Notes: generated by a model from the letters alone, not told the origin. A stretch of 64,000 nucleotides of DNA from Immundisolibacteraceae bacterium (GCA_052031065.1 JBPEXY010000261.1:833-64832), one strand, 5' to 3'; shown: positions 20,400-30,237, counted from the first letter of the stretch. Program-made: numbers and translations.

Positions 20400-21737
20400 A
20401 TGCGGCCAATCGATGAACTGGTACTGGAAGACGGCGCTTATCAACACCGCACACTGTTCTGGAACGAAGATATTTACGAAGCGGAACTGGAGCAGATCTT
20501 TTCCCGCTCCTGGCTGTTCCTGACCCACGAATCACTGATCCCCGAACCCGGCGATTACAACACCACCCGTATGGGTGAGGACCGGGTCATCGTGATCCGC
20601 CAGACCGATGGTTCAATCCGGGCCTTCATCAACTCCTGCCCACACCGCGGCAATACCGTTTGCCACGCGGATGCAGGAAATGCACGACAGTTTACCTGCA
20701 GTTATCACGGCTGGTCGTTTGCGGCGGACGGATCACTGGCTGCAGTTCCACTCGAGCAGGACGCCTATTTCAACGAGATCGACAAGGCTCAGTTCGGTCT
20801 GCGACAGGTGCCGCAGGTCGCCTCCTACAAGGGCATGGTGTTTAGCAGCTTCGACAGGCTCGCGCCGCCGCTGGAAGAGTACCTTGGCGACATGCGCTGG
20901 TACCTTGACGTGTTGCTGGATGTGCCGGGCGGTATTGAACTGATCGGCCCGCCGATGAAATCGATCCTCAACTGCAACTGGAAAACTCCGGCAGAAAATT
21001 TCGGTGGTGATGATTACCACTTCGGCTGGACACATGCGGCCGGCGTCGCGGTGATGGGCGGGCCGTTACAGATGCTTAGCGGCAACGCACAGGTCCCACC
21101 GGAAGTGGGTTTTCAGGTCGGCTCCCGCTATGGCCATATATTCGGTTTAATCGAACAGGGCGCATCCGCGCTACAGGTCTGGCCGGAATGGCGCGAACAG
21201 TACGAAGCCTGGCTCAACTCCCGTCTGCCAGGACTTGTGGAAAAATTTGGCGCCGACCGCGCCCGTTTTTATAAAGGCCACTGGAACGCCAACATCTTTC
21301 CCAACTGCAGTTTTCTGTATGGCACCAACACCTTCAAGGTGTGGCAGCCTCGTGGTCCTCGCGCTATAGAGGTTTACACCTGGACCCTGGTGGAGAAGGA
21401 GATGCCGGAAGAGCTGAAACAGATGCATCACCGCAGCAATGCCGCCACCTTTGGCACCGCCGGAATGCTGGAGAGCGACGACGGCGAAAACTTTGAAGAG
21501 TGCACGCAGAATAATCGCGGCTTCAACACCCGCCAGGATTATTACTACACCGGCATGGGTCGTGGTCACGAAGGGCCGCACCCGGAAATGCCAGGCATCA
21601 TCAGTGAAAGCCTGGTCGCTGAGACCGGATTGCGGAATTTTTACCGAACCTGGGCCAGAATGGTAAACGGTGACGACTGGACGCGCATTGGCGCACCAGC
21701 CACCGCCCCCCTGTCAGGCCTGAGGGCGGTGAAATGA
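20400..21737 (+). CDS. Aromatic ring-hydroxylating (Rieske) oxygenase alpha subunit
   Basis: 445 aa. It carries CPHRG...CSYHGW and the Fe motif DDYHFGWTH. A GAGGAG RBS precedes it. Confidence 0.9.
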   Translation: MRPIDELVLEDGAYQHRTLFWNEDIYEAELEQIFSRSWLFLTHESLIPEPGDYNTTRMGEDRVIVIRQTDGSIRAFINSCPHRGNTVCHADAGNARQFTCSYHGWSFAADGSLAAVPLEQDAYFNEIDKAQFGLRQVPQVASYKGMVFSSFDRLAPPLEEYLGDMRWYLDVLLDVPGGIELIGPPMKSILNCNWKTPAENFGGDDYHFGWTHAAGVAVMGGPLQMLSGNAQVPPEVGFQVGSRYGHIFGLIEQGASALQVWPEWREQYEAWLNSRLPGLVEKFGADRARFYKGHWNANIFPNCSFLYGTNTFKVWQPRGPRAIEVYTWTLVEKEMPEELKQMHHRSNAATFGTAGMLESDDGENFEECTQNNRGFNTRQDYYYTGMGRGHEGPHPEMPGIISESLVAETGLRNFYRTWARMVNGDDWTRIGAPATAPLSGLRAVK

Positions 21738-22288
21738 GCGGCTCTGTAGAGCGTTCAGTCAACTCAACCCGGGCCGGTCAGCCTGTCGACCGGGATACCC
21801 ACTTCGATATCGAACGTTTCCTTACCCGCGAAGCTCGCTTGCTTGACCAGGAGCGCTTCGATGAGTGGCTGCAACTACTCACAGCGGACATTCGTTACCA
21901 ACTGCCGGTGGAGGAAGTGCGGTACCGGGAGGACACCAAGCCAATCGGTTCCGCTACCGGCAATTTCATCTACGATGATGACTACGCGCTGCTGGAAATG
22001 CGGGTGAAGAGAACCGATACCGGCCTGATCTGGTTTGAAAACCCCAGAACCAGCAGCCGTCGGCTGATCACCAACATCGACGCCGAGTGGTCTGAGCAGG
22101 AAGATGAGGTCAACGTCTACTCAACGTTCCTGACCTACAGAAATCGTCGCCAGAGTGACGAAACCTGGCTGGTTGGCGGCCGCGAAGACCGTCTGCGGCG
22201 GACTGAAGCAGGCTGGCGGCTGGCACACCGGCTGATCCGTATCGACCAACGGGTGATACAGGACAAGAATCTGCACCTTTTTCTCTGA
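21734..22288 (+). CDS. Ring-hydroxylating oxygenase beta subunit
   Basis: 184 aa. It has an ATGA overlap with the alpha gene and the motif FLTREARLLDQERFDEW. Confidence 0.85.
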   Translation: MSGSVERSVNSTRAGQPVDRDTHFDIERFLTREARLLDQERFDEWLQLLTADIRYQLPVEEVRYREDTKPIGSATGNFIYDDDYALLEMRVKRTDTGLIWFENPRTSSRRLITNIDAEWSEQEDEVNVYSTFLTYRNRRQSDETWLVGGREDRLRRTEAGWRLAHRLIRIDQRVIQDKNLHLFL

Positions 22289-22369
22289 TTTGGTGTAACC
22301 GGTATACACGGGGAAGCGGGTAAACTGATCACCCCTGAATAGCTGAACAGAGTGGATTAAAACAGGAAA

Positions 22370-23872
22370 TTGGCTGAACCCGCCGCCCCGCCAACTCTCG
22401 CTGCAATTGACCTTGGGTCAAACAGCTTCCACATGATTGTTGCCGAGCATATTGGCAATGGTGACCTGAGAATCATCGACCGGCTCCGCGAGCCGGTCCG
22501 GCTCGGTAGCGGGTTACGCAACGGCGACCTCACTCCTGAGACCAAAACCAGAGCGCTCAACTGTCTTGAACGTTTCGGCGAACGGATTGGTCACCTGCCG
22601 CCCGGCGCAGTTAGAGCAGTCGGCACCAACACCCTCAGACAGCTTCACGATAGTTACCGGTTTCTCAAACAGGCCGGCAAGGCCCTGCGCCACCCGATCG
22701 ACGTTATTTCCGGCATCGAAGAAGCGCGACTCATCTATCTGGGCGTGGCCCATACTCTGCAAAGCGACCAACGCCGGCTGGTGGTCGATATTGGCGGCGG
22801 CAGCACCGAGCTGATCGTGGGTGAACAGTTCCAGCCACTAACCATGGAAAGCGTTTACGCCGGCTGCATCTCTGTTGGCCGCAGGGCATTCGGCGACGGC
22901 AAACTCAGCCACAAGGCGATGCGCAACGCGCAGCTGCTGGCGCGCCAGGAGTTTGAGCTGGTTGGCGGCACCTTTCGCGATCAGCAGTGGCAAGCTGTGG
23001 TTGGCGCCTCTGGAACAATTCGCGCGGCGCGTAACGTCGCCGTAGCGAACGGGCTAACAGCAGAACATCACCAGGGAGAGCTGTCCCGCGATGCGGTGAA
23101 TGCCATCTGCGAAATGGTCGCAGACGCCGGTACTATCGACGATTTGCAGCTGGCCGGACTAAAAGAGGACCGCAGAGCGGTTTTTCCTGGCGGTGTTGCG
23201 GTGCTCAAGGCAGTGTTTGACGAGCTCGAAATCGATTTCATGTCCGTGTCGGATGGTGCTCTACGCGAGGGACTAATGTTCGACCTGATCGGACGACGCG
23301 GTGCCGATGATGTTCGCCAGCGCTCGGTTGCCGACCTCGCCAGCCGCTATCACGTCGACCCGCAGCGATTGCAGGGCATCCGCGATACTGCTACCAGACT
23401 GTTCCGCGCCTGCCGCGATGCGTGGGAACTTGACCTGCCGGACGGTGAAAAATTTATTGACTGGGCAGCACTACTGCACCCGATTGGACTGGATATCGCC
23501 CACAGCGGCTATCACAAACATGGGGCCTACATCATCGCCAATGCTGACCTCTCCGGCTTCAGCCGCGAAGAGAAACAGTTGTTGGCGCTGTTGGTAAAGG
23601 GACATCGGCGAAAATTCCCACTTGCCGAAGTCAAGGCTCTGCGCGGCCTGTGGCGACGTAGCGCGGCACGTACACTCGCTCTATTACGCCTGGCGGTGAT
23701 ACTGCATCGCGGTCGAACCACTCCACCGGATGAGATGAGCCCGAACGCCAAAGAAGCGACTCTCAAGCTCTCCATTCCAACATCCTGGCTGGAGCAGCAC
23801 CCGTTAACCGCCGCCGAACTGCAGCAGGAACAACGCCACCTTAAAGCTGCCGGACTGCAACTGCTGATCTGA
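22370..23872 (+). CDS. ppx: Exopolyphosphatase (Ppx/GppA family)
   Basis: 500 aa. It has the actin-like ATPase motifs AAIDLGSNSFHM and DIGGGSTE plus a C-terminal HD-like region. TTG 22370 is the first possible start after an in-frame stop. It is adjacent to ppk1. Confidence 0.88.
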   Translation: MAEPAAPPTLAAIDLGSNSFHMIVAEHIGNGDLRIIDRLREPVRLGSGLRNGDLTPETKTRALNCLERFGERIGHLPPGAVRAVGTNTLRQLHDSYRFLKQAGKALRHPIDVISGIEEARLIYLGVAHTLQSDQRRLVVDIGGGSTELIVGEQFQPLTMESVYAGCISVGRRAFGDGKLSHKAMRNAQLLARQEFELVGGTFRDQQWQAVVGASGTIRAARNVAVANGLTAEHHQGELSRDAVNAICEMVADAGTIDDLQLAGLKEDRRAVFPGGVAVLKAVFDELEIDFMSVSDGALREGLMFDLIGRRGADDVRQRSVADLASRYHVDPQRLQGIRDTATRLFRACRDAWELDLPDGEKFIDWAALLHPIGLDIAHSGYHKHGAYIIANADLSGFSREEKQLLALLVKGHRRKFPLAEVKALRGLWRRSAARTLALLRLAVILHRGRTTPPDEMSPNAKEATLKLSIPTSWLEQHPLTAAELQQEQRHLKAAGLQLLI

Positions 23873-23918
23873 CCGGCTCAGATCTGACCGTTGACTAACC
23901 CGGTCAGCACGATACTAC

Positions 23919-26009
23919 CTATAGCGATGCCAACAACTCCTGCTGGGCGCAGACCTGACCATCCCCATCCGCCGGCTGTAACGGCACGTAGGTCCCGTCG
24001 GGTTGCAGCGACCATGCCTGGCAGTTGTCACGCAGATAGAGTTCCAGCTCCTGGCGTACCTGTTCACGGACTTTTTTCTGCGACAGTGGAAATGCCACCT
24101 CAACCCGGTTGTAGAGATTACGCGGCATCCAGTCGGCGCTGCCACAGTAAATTTTTTCTTCGCCACCGTTGTAGAAATAGACCGCGCGGGTATGCTCAAG
24201 AAACCGGCCGACAACCGAGCGCACGGTAATATTCTCGGAAAGCCCTTTTACCCCGGGGCGCAAACAGCAGATGCCGCGGACGATCAGGTCTATCTTTACC
24301 CCGGCGCAGGAGGCCGCGTAGAGCGCCTCGATCATTGCCGGGTCTGACAGGGAGTTGATCTTGACGATAATCCGCGCCGGCTTACCCTGTTCTGCGTTGC
24401 GCCGTTCGTTGGCGATCATCTCCACCAGGCTCGATTGCAGGGTAAAAGGCGCCTGCAGCACATGTTTCGGCTTGGGAATTTTGCCCAGACTGGTGAGCTG
24501 CAGAAAGACGTTGTGGATCTCCTGCGAGATGGTCTTGCTGGCGGTAAACAGACCGTAGTCAGTGTAGAAACGCGCGGTGGCATGGTGGTAGTTGCCAGTG
24601 CCGAGATGGACATAACGCACCAGTTTTTTGCCTTCACGACGCACCACCAGGATCATCTTGGCGTGGGTTTTGTAGCCAACCACGCCGTAAACCACATGAG
24701 CGCCAGCTTCCTGCAACCGGGTGGCCAGAGCAATGTTGGCCTCTTCATCGAAGCGGGCCCGCAGTTCGATGACCACGGTGACCTCCTTACCGGCGCGGGC
24801 CGCCCGCAGCAGTGCATCCACTACTGAAGAATCATTGCCGGTACGGTACAGGGTCTGCTTGATCGCCACTACCTGCGGGTCGCGCGCTGCCTGATCCAGA
24901 AACTCCACCACCGGAGTAAAAGAATCGAAGGGGTGGTGGAGCAGCACATCTCGCCGCGAGATGGTGGTGAAAACACTGTTACCACTGCCAAATTTATCAG
25001 GCAACCGCTGGGTAAAGGGTGTGTACTTGAGGCCTGCATAGCGGTTCGAGACCATATCGTAAATGGCGCCGATACGACTCAAATTAACCGGCCCCTTAAC
25101 CAGGAACAGATCCTCGCGCTCCAGTTCGAACTGATCAAGCAGAAACTGCACCAGCCGATCCGGGCAATCATCGCTCACTTCAAGCCTTACCGCATCGCCG
25201 TAGCGGCGTGAAGGCAGTTCCCCTTCCATCGCTCTGAGCAGGTCATCGACCTCCTCTTCATCGACGAAGAGATCGCTGTTACGGGTCACCTGGAACTGGT
25301 AGCAGCCCTCCACGGTCATGCCTGGGAACAGCTCATCAATGTGAGCGTGGATCACCGAGGAGAGGAACACGGTAGCCAGTCCATCGGATTCGTTGTCGAG
25401 ATGATCAAGGCGGATCAAGCGCGGCAATGCCCGCGGTACCTGCACCACCGCGTAGTTGATATTACGGCCAAAAGCATCCCGACCATTCAGCGCGACAATA
25501 AAATTGAGACTTTTGTTGAGAATGCGGGGAAACGGGTGGCCGGGATCAAGCCCCATGGGACTCAGTACTGGCAACACCTCTTCACGAAAATAGCGGGTCA
25601 ACCACAGGCTCTGCTGAGCAGTCCAGTCACGTCGCGGCAAAAAGGTAATTTCCTGCTCCGCCAGTAACGGTATGATGACCTCGTTAAACAGCCGGTACTG
25701 CTCAGTCACCAGCTCGTGAGCGCGCCCATTGATCTGCTCCATCACCTGATTGGGAGTCATTTTGTCAGGACCGCTCTGTGCAGCGCCGGCCCTGATCTGT
25801 GCCTTCAGGCCAGCCACCCGCACCTCGTAAAACTCATCCATGTTGGTATCGAAGATACAGAGGAAACGCATCCGCTCCAGCAGCGGCAACTGATCAACAT
25901 TGACCTGGGCAAGCACACGGGCATGAAATTCCAGCAAACTCAGTTCCCGGTTAAGGAAAAAAGCTGTGCCGCTCATTTCTGTTGCCATTTCACTGACTTC
26001 CCGATCCAT
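23919..26009 (-). CDS. ppk: Polyphosphate kinase 1
   Basis: The N-terminus FLNRELSLLEFHARVL resembles E. coli PPK, and the autophosphorylation-His region YKTHAKM is present. I chose the ATG at 26009 (GAGGAAGGGGA RBS 8 nt upstream) over the ORF-track start at 26120. Confidence 0.92.
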   Translation of the reverse strand: MDREVSEMATEMSGTAFFLNRELSLLEFHARVLAQVNVDQLPLLERMRFLCIFDTNMDEFYEVRVAGLKAQIRAGAAQSGPDKMTPNQVMEQINGRAHELVTEQYRLFNEVIIPLLAEQEITFLPRRDWTAQQSLWLTRYFREEVLPVLSPMGLDPGHPFPRILNKSLNFIVALNGRDAFGRNINYAVVQVPRALPRLIRLDHLDNESDGLATVFLSSVIHAHIDELFPGMTVEGCYQFQVTRNSDLFVDEEEVDDLLRAMEGELPSRRYGDAVRLEVSDDCPDRLVQFLLDQFELEREDLFLVKGPVNLSRIGAIYDMVSNRYAGLKYTPFTQRLPDKFGSGNSVFTTISRRDVLLHHPFDSFTPVVEFLDQAARDPQVVAIKQTLYRTGNDSSVVDALLRAARAGKEVTVVIELRARFDEEANIALATRLQEAGAHVVYGVVGYKTHAKMILVVRREGKKLVRYVHLGTGNYHHATARFYTDYGLFTASKTISQEIHNVFLQLTSLGKIPKPKHVLQAPFTLQSSLVEMIANERRNAEQGKPARIIVKINSLSDPAMIEALYAASCAGVKIDLIVRGICCLRPGVKGLSENITVRSVVGRFLEHTRAVYFYNGGEEKIYCGSADWMPRNLYNRVEVAFPLSQKKVREQVRQELELYLRDNCQAWSLQPDGTYVPLQPADGDGQVCAQQELLASL

Positions 26010-26194
26010 TAGACGAGTCCCCTTCCTCATATTTAACATCATGCATGACGATAATCTATACAGGGTTGATGCAGGGCAAACCCCGGAAAAACTGATCAGT
26101 GTACATTCCGAAAAAGGCAATTTAGTGTCAACTCATCACCTTCGCTGACAGACGCGGTAGGGTTGCGGCACGACTCGTCTGAATGGAGCCCCCC

Positions 26195-27730
26195 ATGTTT
26201 GAGACGGCAGAAATCGGCCATAAGATCGACAAGGCGACCTATAAGAAAGAGGTTGCAAAACTGCGCACTGCTCTGCTTGGTGCGCAGTACGACCTGCAGC
26301 AAAACCGCAACTTCCCGGTGTTGATTATCATCGGTGGCGTCGATGGCGGCGGCAAGGGCGAAATGGTCAACCTGCTCAACGAATGGATGGACCCGCGCCA
26401 CATAGACTCCATCGCCTTTGGCCCTGCCTCAGACGAGGAACGCGAACGCCCGCCTTTCTGGCGGTTCTGGCGTTCCCTGCCCCCTAAAGGACGCATTGGC
26501 ATTCTGTTCGGCTCCTGGTACACCAATCCGGTGGTTTCCCATGTCATGGGCGAATCCACCGAGGCAGAACTGGACGAGGCGATTCACCGCATCGTTCACT
26601 TTGAAAAAATGCTCACCGACGAGGGTGTGCTGCTGCTCAAATACTGGTTTCACCTTTCTAAAGAGCAACAGCGCAAGCGGCTGAAAAAACTGGAGAAAAA
26701 TCCCGATACCCGCTGGCGGGTTACCGATACCGACTGGGAGCGGTTCAACCACTACGACATTTTTCGCGAGGTCTCGGAACACACACTTAGACGCACCAGC
26801 ACCGGACACGCCCCCTGGCTGGTGATAGAGGGTAATGACGCTAACTACCGTTCTCTCACCGTCGGCCAGTCACTGCACAGCGCGATGCGCTCACGGCTCG
26901 ACCAACAGGAACCCGAGCAGAGCAACCATATCGCACCGCCGCTGATTGAACCGGTAGATGGCCTCAATCTGTTGCAGACTCTGCCGATGGACCAACCCAT
27001 TTCCAAATCTGAATATCAGCGGGCGCTGGAAAAGGAACAGGGCCGCCTGAACCGCCTGTCGCGCCATCCAGAGTTTAAAAATCACTCAGTGGTGATGGTC
27101 TTCGAGGGCAACGATGCCGCTGGTAAAGGGGGCAGCATTCGCCGTCTGACCCAGGCACTGGATGCACGTCATTTCAGCATCATTCCGGTAGCTGCACCAA
27201 CGACGGAAGAGCTGGCCCACCCCTATCTGTGGCGCTTCTGGCAGCACCTGCCAAGACGCGGGCATATCACCATATTTGACCGCTCCTGGTATGGTCGGGT
27301 ACTGGTAGAGCGGGTTGAAGGTTACTGCGACGATCGCGACTGGATGCGCGCCTATTCGGAAATCTGTGACTTTGAGGAGCAACTCGCTGAGCACGGCGTC
27401 CTGGTGGTCAAATTCTGGCTCGCGATCACCAACGAGGAGCAGCTGCGACGGTTCAAGGAACGCGAGCAAATTCCGTTCAAGCAATACAAAATAACCGACG
27501 AGGACTGGCGCAACCGGGAGCGCTGGGACGATTACGAGCGGGCAGTCTGCGATATGGTCGAGCGCACCAGCACTGAATATGCGCCCTGGTCACTGATCCC
27601 TGCCAACAACAAGTACCATGCCCGCCTTGAAGTACTGCGCACTGTCTCTGCAAAACTCGAACAGCTGTTCGGCGTGAAGCCGAATGGAGCAGATGGGAAA
27701 AAAAGCACTGGCAAGAAAAGCAGGGATTAG
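26195..27730 (+). CDS. ppk2: Two-domain PPK2-family polyphosphate kinase (polyphosphate:AMP phosphotransferase-like)
   Basis: There are two PPK2 modules, each with a GxDxxGKG Walker A (IGGVDGGGKG; FEGNDAAGKG). I chose the ATG at 26195 (MFETAEIG; GGAG RBS 6 nt upstream); the ORF-track start is 26183. Confidence 0.88.
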   Translation: MFETAEIGHKIDKATYKKEVAKLRTALLGAQYDLQQNRNFPVLIIIGGVDGGGKGEMVNLLNEWMDPRHIDSIAFGPASDEERERPPFWRFWRSLPPKGRIGILFGSWYTNPVVSHVMGESTEAELDEAIHRIVHFEKMLTDEGVLLLKYWFHLSKEQQRKRLKKLEKNPDTRWRVTDTDWERFNHYDIFREVSEHTLRRTSTGHAPWLVIEGNDANYRSLTVGQSLHSAMRSRLDQQEPEQSNHIAPPLIEPVDGLNLLQTLPMDQPISKSEYQRALEKEQGRLNRLSRHPEFKNHSVVMVFEGNDAAGKGGSIRRLTQALDARHFSIIPVAAPTTEELAHPYLWRFWQHLPRRGHITIFDRSWYGRVLVERVEGYCDDRDWMRAYSEICDFEEQLAEHGVLVVKFWLAITNEEQLRRFKEREQIPFKQYKITDEDWRNRERWDDYERAVCDMVERTSTEYAPWSLIPANNKYHARLEVLRTVSAKLEQLFGVKPNGADGKKSTGKKSRD

Positions 27731-27765
27731 GGTAATCGAAATTAGTGTAAACGGTCGTGGGCAAG

Positions 27766-28521
27766 TCAGCCCTGGTCTCGCCACGCGCGCTGGTAAATCT
27801 CCTGCCACAACCCGCCATAGGCGACAGTCGCCGCCTGATTGGCCGCATACTCCGCTACTGGTTTGCGTACCACACCCATCCGCTCGACTGCCGCCGCGTA
27901 GGGAATATAACTCCCTAACAATTGGGTGAGTTCCTGCGGTGGCATCGCCAACCACTGGCGGTGCAACGCCCGGCGCCGGTCAACCATATTAAAAAACGGA
28001 TGCACCCGCGTCAGCGACAGGCCATTGGTTTTACAGAAATTCTGCACCTGCTGCCAGGCTCTGAGCGACAGCGGCGCTGGAATCAGCGGCACCATCACTG
28101 CATCAGCGGCGGCAAGCATACTTTCAGCCAGAGCCGATGCGCTCGGCGGACAATCCAGCACCACCAGATCGAAACGCTTTTTCAACGGCTTGAGCAGCGC
28201 CGTGACCACCTTCTCCGGCTTGCTGGCGTTGTTGATCAGAATATCGAGATTACGATAGGCATGGCGACCCGGCACCACCGACAGCCGGGGGTAGTCACTA
28301 TCAACAATCTGATCCTGTAACGTCACTTTGCCAGACACCAGCTTTTTAACTGCTCCGCCAGCGGCACGGTCAGCTCCGAGGTACCAACCGGCGGCAGCCT
28401 GCGCATCGAGATCCCAAAGCAAGGTCTGCAACCCCTGCTGGGCCGCAAACCAGGCAAGATTAACCGCCGTAGAGGTTTTTCCAACCCCACCCTTGATGTT
28501 GTAAAAAGCAATGACCTTCAT
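27766..28521 (-). CDS. Orphan ParA/MinD-family P-loop ATPase
   Basis: 251 aa. It has the deviant Walker A NIKGGVGKTS, the A' motif LLWDLDAQ and Walker B LVVLDCPPS. Its ATG overlaps the regulator's stop codon (TAATG). No ParB gene is present. Confidence 0.85.
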   Translation of the reverse strand: MKVIAFYNIKGGVGKTSTAVNLAWFAAQQGLQTLLWDLDAQAAAGWYLGADRAAGGAVKKLVSGKVTLQDQIVDSDYPRLSVVPGRHAYRNLDILINNASKPEKVVTALLKPLKKRFDLVVLDCPPSASALAESMLAAADAVMVPLIPAPLSLRAWQQVQNFCKTNGLSLTRVHPFFNMVDRRRALHRQWLAMPPQELTQLLGSYIPYAAAVERMGVVRKPVAEYAANQAATVAYGGLWQEIYQRAWRDQG

Positions 28522-30146
28522 TACCGTTTTTCTGTCGCCTCCACCCGGTAAGCCATTTGCCGCCGGGTTAGCCCCAGCAAACGCCCCGCAGCGGCGACAT
28601 TACCGCCGCTGCGCTGCAACGCCAGATCTACCAGCAACGCTTCAATTGCACGCAAATCCGGCAGCTCCGAATCGTTTTCACCGAGCAGTCTGGATATCTG
28701 CTGCAAACTCTCGTGGCGCCGCCCATCCCCCAGAGGCAGCTCTCCTGAAGCACCACCACCCCAGCCAACATCAGCCGCCATGTCCTGCAGACTAATCACG
28801 CCGCGCCCGGCCGCCATAATCACACCACGCTCTACCATGTTCTCCAGCTCACGGATGTTGCCGGGAAAGGAATAGTTAATTAACCCGGTGACCGCCTGGC
28901 GGGTAAAACCATCAACCTCCAGCTGGTGTAACTGGGTATATTTCTGACGAAAATATTCAATTAACAAAGGAATATCCTCCTTGCGCTCACGCAATGGCGG
29001 TATACGTAGCGGAAACACACTTAAGCGATAGTATAGATCGCGCCGAAAATGGCCAGCCTCTACCGCCTCGAGCAAATCAAGGTTGGTTGCAGCAACCACA
29101 CGCGTGTTCACCGGCCGGGTTTCAGTTCCGCCGACCCGTTCGACCTCCCTCTGTTGTAGCGCTCGCAGTAACTTCCCCTGCGATGAGACACTCAGCGAAC
29201 TGATCTCATCGAGAAACAGGGTGCCGCCCTCTGCCCGCTCGAACCGACCCGGGCGACTGGTCACCGCTCCGGTATAACCGCCGCGCTCCACCCCAAACAG
29301 CTCCGCTTCAACCAGCTCCGCTGGCAGAGCAGCACAGTTAACGGCAACAAAAGGACCGGCAGCATTGGGGGAAACTCGATGTAGCGAGCGCGCGAAAACC
29401 TCTTTGCCAACACCAGTTTCACCTTGCAGCAACACAGTAGCCAGTGTTGGCGCCACCTTGTTCAACCGACTCATCGCGCGGGAAAACCCGGCGGAAATTC
29501 CCACCACACCCTCGTTTAGCGCCCCGTCGTACTGCTGCAGGCTGCGTTGCTGTTCGGAAAGATCAAACCGATTAACAAAATCCTGTGGATGAAAATAGCC
29601 CGCATCCGGGTCAAGCTGCCGCCACCGGTTCAGGGGACGCCCGATCAACCGACACGCCTCATGCCCCATCGCCCGGCACTCAACCTCACGAAACAGAATC
29701 GGCATGCCCATAAACGCACTGGCAAAACCACTGGCGTAGCCGCTCTGCATCCAGCAGACCGGCTCGGGCGACCTGCCGGCCACCTCAACATGTGCGTCGG
29801 CTTCGATGGAACCGCGCGTCAGAAACTCACCATAAAACTGCTGCTCGTTGATCTCGATGGCAACGGTTTCTACCGACGCCATGCCAAACAGGGCGTGCAA
29901 CTGCGGCCCAACCAGAAAAGCCTCCTCGAACGACGCTTCTGGCTTCTGCAGCTGGGCGATGGCGGCATCGCCGGTGCCATCTGCGTACCCGAGACGTGAA
30001 TAGAGACTGCGGATTCGCTCAGATCCCAGCTCTTCGAGCAGTTCGGCCCGCTGCCCGCGAAAAGTATCAGCCCGCATCAACATGATGCGACGATCAGCCA
30101 GAGAGATATAACCTGCCTCCGGATTGAAATCGATTAGCTCAAGCAT
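28521..30146 (-). CDS. XylR/DmpR-type sigma-54-dependent transcriptional activator (XylR_N-V4R sensor, AAA+, Fis-type HTH)
   Basis: 541 aa. The V4R-like Cys pattern is CWMQSGYASGF...EVECRAMGHEAC. The AAA+ domain has Walker A GETGVGKE, a GAFTGA-loop variant GGYTGA, and GGTLFLDEI. The C-terminal HTH reads GNVAAAGRLLGLTRRQMAYR. Confidence 0.9.
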   Translation of the reverse strand: MLELIDFNPEAGYISLADRRIMLMRADTFRGQRAELLEELGSERIRSLYSRLGYADGTGDAAIAQLQKPEASFEEAFLVGPQLHALFGMASVETVAIEINEQQFYGEFLTRGSIEADAHVEVAGRSPEPVCWMQSGYASGFASAFMGMPILFREVECRAMGHEACRLIGRPLNRWRQLDPDAGYFHPQDFVNRFDLSEQQRSLQQYDGALNEGVVGISAGFSRAMSRLNKVAPTLATVLLQGETGVGKEVFARSLHRVSPNAAGPFVAVNCAALPAELVEAELFGVERGGYTGAVTSRPGRFERAEGGTLFLDEISSLSVSSQGKLLRALQQREVERVGGTETRPVNTRVVAATNLDLLEAVEAGHFRRDLYYRLSVFPLRIPPLRERKEDIPLLIEYFRQKYTQLHQLEVDGFTRQAVTGLINYSFPGNIRELENMVERGVIMAAGRGVISLQDMAADVGWGGGASGELPLGDGRRHESLQQISRLLGENDSELPDLRAIEALLVDLALQRSGGNVAAAGRLLGLTRRQMAYRVEATEKR

Positions 30147-30237
30147 CTGTCGCTCTGCTGCCGTTATCCCTGGCCTGTGTTGTCATTGATAGAGCCCCAC
30201 GCAACCCGCACAAAAGTTTGCCGAACGCCAAGATAGT

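Noticed and set aside
23870-23918. A hairpin between the convergent ppx and ppk1 genes (TGACCGG...CCGGTCA) as a terminator.
   Set aside because: It has a 7-bp stem with a loop of about 23 nt and no U-tract on either strand, so it is too weak to call.
26010-26194. A Pho box in the ppk1/PPK2 divergent region.
   Set aside because: Only weak fragments are present (GTGTCAA, CTGTCAG on the reverse strand). There is no pair of CTGTCAT-like 7-mers with the required 4-bp AT spacer, so nothing is claimable by eye.
27766-28521. The ParA-like gene as evidence for a plasmid or integrated partition (parABS) locus.
   Set aside because: There is no ParB/HTH partner, no rep gene, and no relaxase or integrase in the window. 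The gene is translationally coupled to a transcription factor instead.
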